Shown here piece after piece: positions 63,052 to 64,000 of a stretch of DNA of 64,000 bases (position 1 is the stretch's first letter; every line of letters begins with the position of its first letter). The notes beneath the pieces are model-generated. The model searched no databases. It was not told the origin of the DNA and was given only the letters and a program-made list of their open reading frames with translations. The position numbers were made by a program, and so were the translations under genes. Origin of the DNA: a virus. Lineage: Duplodnaviria > Caudoviricetes. Location: IMG/VR virus record IMGVR_UViG_3300021408_000001, positions 32,001 to 96,000 of that record; one strand, 5' to 3'.

Positions 63052-63317
63052 CCAAAGGGTGTAGCTACTGCGGGGATAGGGACTTAGGTCCCTATCCCCA
63101 ATTGTAGTTAAAGCTAGGATGCTAAGAGACTCAAGCTTATTAGAAGTCTTTGAGAGCATTTCTTACAGTCTGGGTCCCTAATACGGATGTCAGGCCATCC
63201 TTGTAACTACATAATATAAGGGTATATTTATAGGTAGCTAGAGTGAGCAAGCCTATATAAATTAGGAGGGGATTAGCTTAGCTAATCCCCTCCTATTCGC
63301 ATACAGAAAAGGGAAAG

Positions 63318-63692
63318 ATGGATACGATTACAGTGTATCGGGTACTCGAAGTCGCTAAAGAATTAGTGGCTGAGAATCCCGATGCTATTAATCCTCGTGT
63401 TGCTATGGATATGGCTTGTGCTTATGTTCGTAGGGATGATATCGAAAACCCTGCTAACGCAGCGCCCAACTGTTTCGGTGGAGCTATTCTCCTCCGACTC
63501 GGCCTAGGTTTACCAAAAGAGGGACATTTAGTAGATAAGAGTCCCGATGTAGACAGGTTATCAGACAATGCTATGAAGCTGCTTATGTATATGCAGTGGC
63601 ATGCTGATACTAGCTTAGTCTGGTCAGAAGCCTTGCCTAAGGCGGTTGCTGAGTATAACCGGAACCATGAGGATGAGAGAATCAGCCTTTGA
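63318..63692 (+). CDS. Hypothetical protein; a paralogue follows at ~63689 to window end
   Basis: VA.E.VAENPDA.NP..C.Y.R...ANAAP.C.GG..L.RLGL.LP is repeated in the next ORF. Confidence 0.6.
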   Translation: MDTITVYRVLEVAKELVAENPDAINPRVAMDMACAYVRRDDIENPANAAPNCFGGAILLRLGLGLPKEGHLVDKSPDVDRLSDNAMKLLMYMQWHADTSLVWSEALPKAVAEYNRNHEDERISL

Positions 63693-64000
63693 CTGACACA
63701 CTGATCACCATGGAACGTGTCAGGGAAGTAGCACAAGAGATTGTTGCTGAAACCCCTGACGCGACCAATCCTCGTGAGCATGGGGTTACAGGTACGTGCC
63801 TTTACACTAGGCTTGATGGTGTTAATAATCCACCTAATGCTGCACCTAGGTGTCTTGGTGGTGAGGTTCTAGTTCGTCTAGGACTTAGACTTCCAGAGGA
63901 GGATCAGCTAGTCAGTACCTCTCTAGATAAAGATAAGTTAGATATGTTCGCTATGGACTATCTATGGAGTTTACAGAATATTGCTGACCAGTCCTTTGGG

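Larger units (their letters stand above)
41324..63112 (+). repeat. About 50 dispersed intergenic RNA stem-loop elements (TAG..lower stem-CTGA-upper hairpin-RATTG-lower stem) followed by GGGAAAGGG RBS
   Basis: Approximate starts: 41324, 41736, 42121, 42390, 42764, 42980, 43178, 43640, 44021, 44304, 44566, 45454, 45772, 46085, 46404, 46638, 46899, 47119, 47516, 48122, 48682, 48937, 49502, 50016, 50406, 50647, 51140, 51826, 52246, 52957, 53215, 53932, 54552, 55096, 55488, 55803, 56127, 56745, 57198, 57757, 58082, 58509, 59322, 59594, 60644, 61332, 62178, 62484, 62660, 63060. Confidence 0.9.

Noticed and set aside
41324-63112. Integron attC cassette array, or a series of intrinsic terminators
   Set aside because: No conserved RYYYAAC/GTTRRRY ends and no integrase in the window. 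G-U pairs and tetraloops favour RNA over ssDNA structure. There are no U-tracts after the stems.

Overview
This 64-kb window is part of a large tailed dsDNA phage genome of roughly 48-50% GC by eye. The host is most likely actinobacterial, judged from a DUF397 gene, Gram-positive LexA boxes, and an RBS complementary to the actinobacterial 16S tail. There are five regions. (1) 1-25.4 kb, minus strand: virion and packaging genes (terminase, DUF935 portal, Mu-like protease, scaffold, capsid, neck, tail tube), with a glycosyl/methyltransferase cassette and two duplicated fibre-like modules inserted between portal and protease. (2) 25.9-32.1 kb, minus strand: a nuclease-less Nop/IS110-C-terminal-like protein (TasA-type) embedded in about 60-70 dual-spacer ~36-nt guide units (TIGR-type array). 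The units fall into seven blocks interleaved with four tRNAs, other structured RNAs and an accessory gene. (3) 32.4-38.2 kb, plus strand: small genes, including 8 tandem paralogues. (4) 37.5-41.1 kb: largely non-coding, with a strand-skew switch, host-regulator-like operators and a long structured RNA candidate. (5) 41.3-64 kb, plus strand: small early-type genes organised as cassettes. About 50 of them are preceded by a conserved RNA stem/internal-loop/stem element and a GGGAAAGGG ribosome-binding site. All calls come from reading the sequence by eye; no searches were run.
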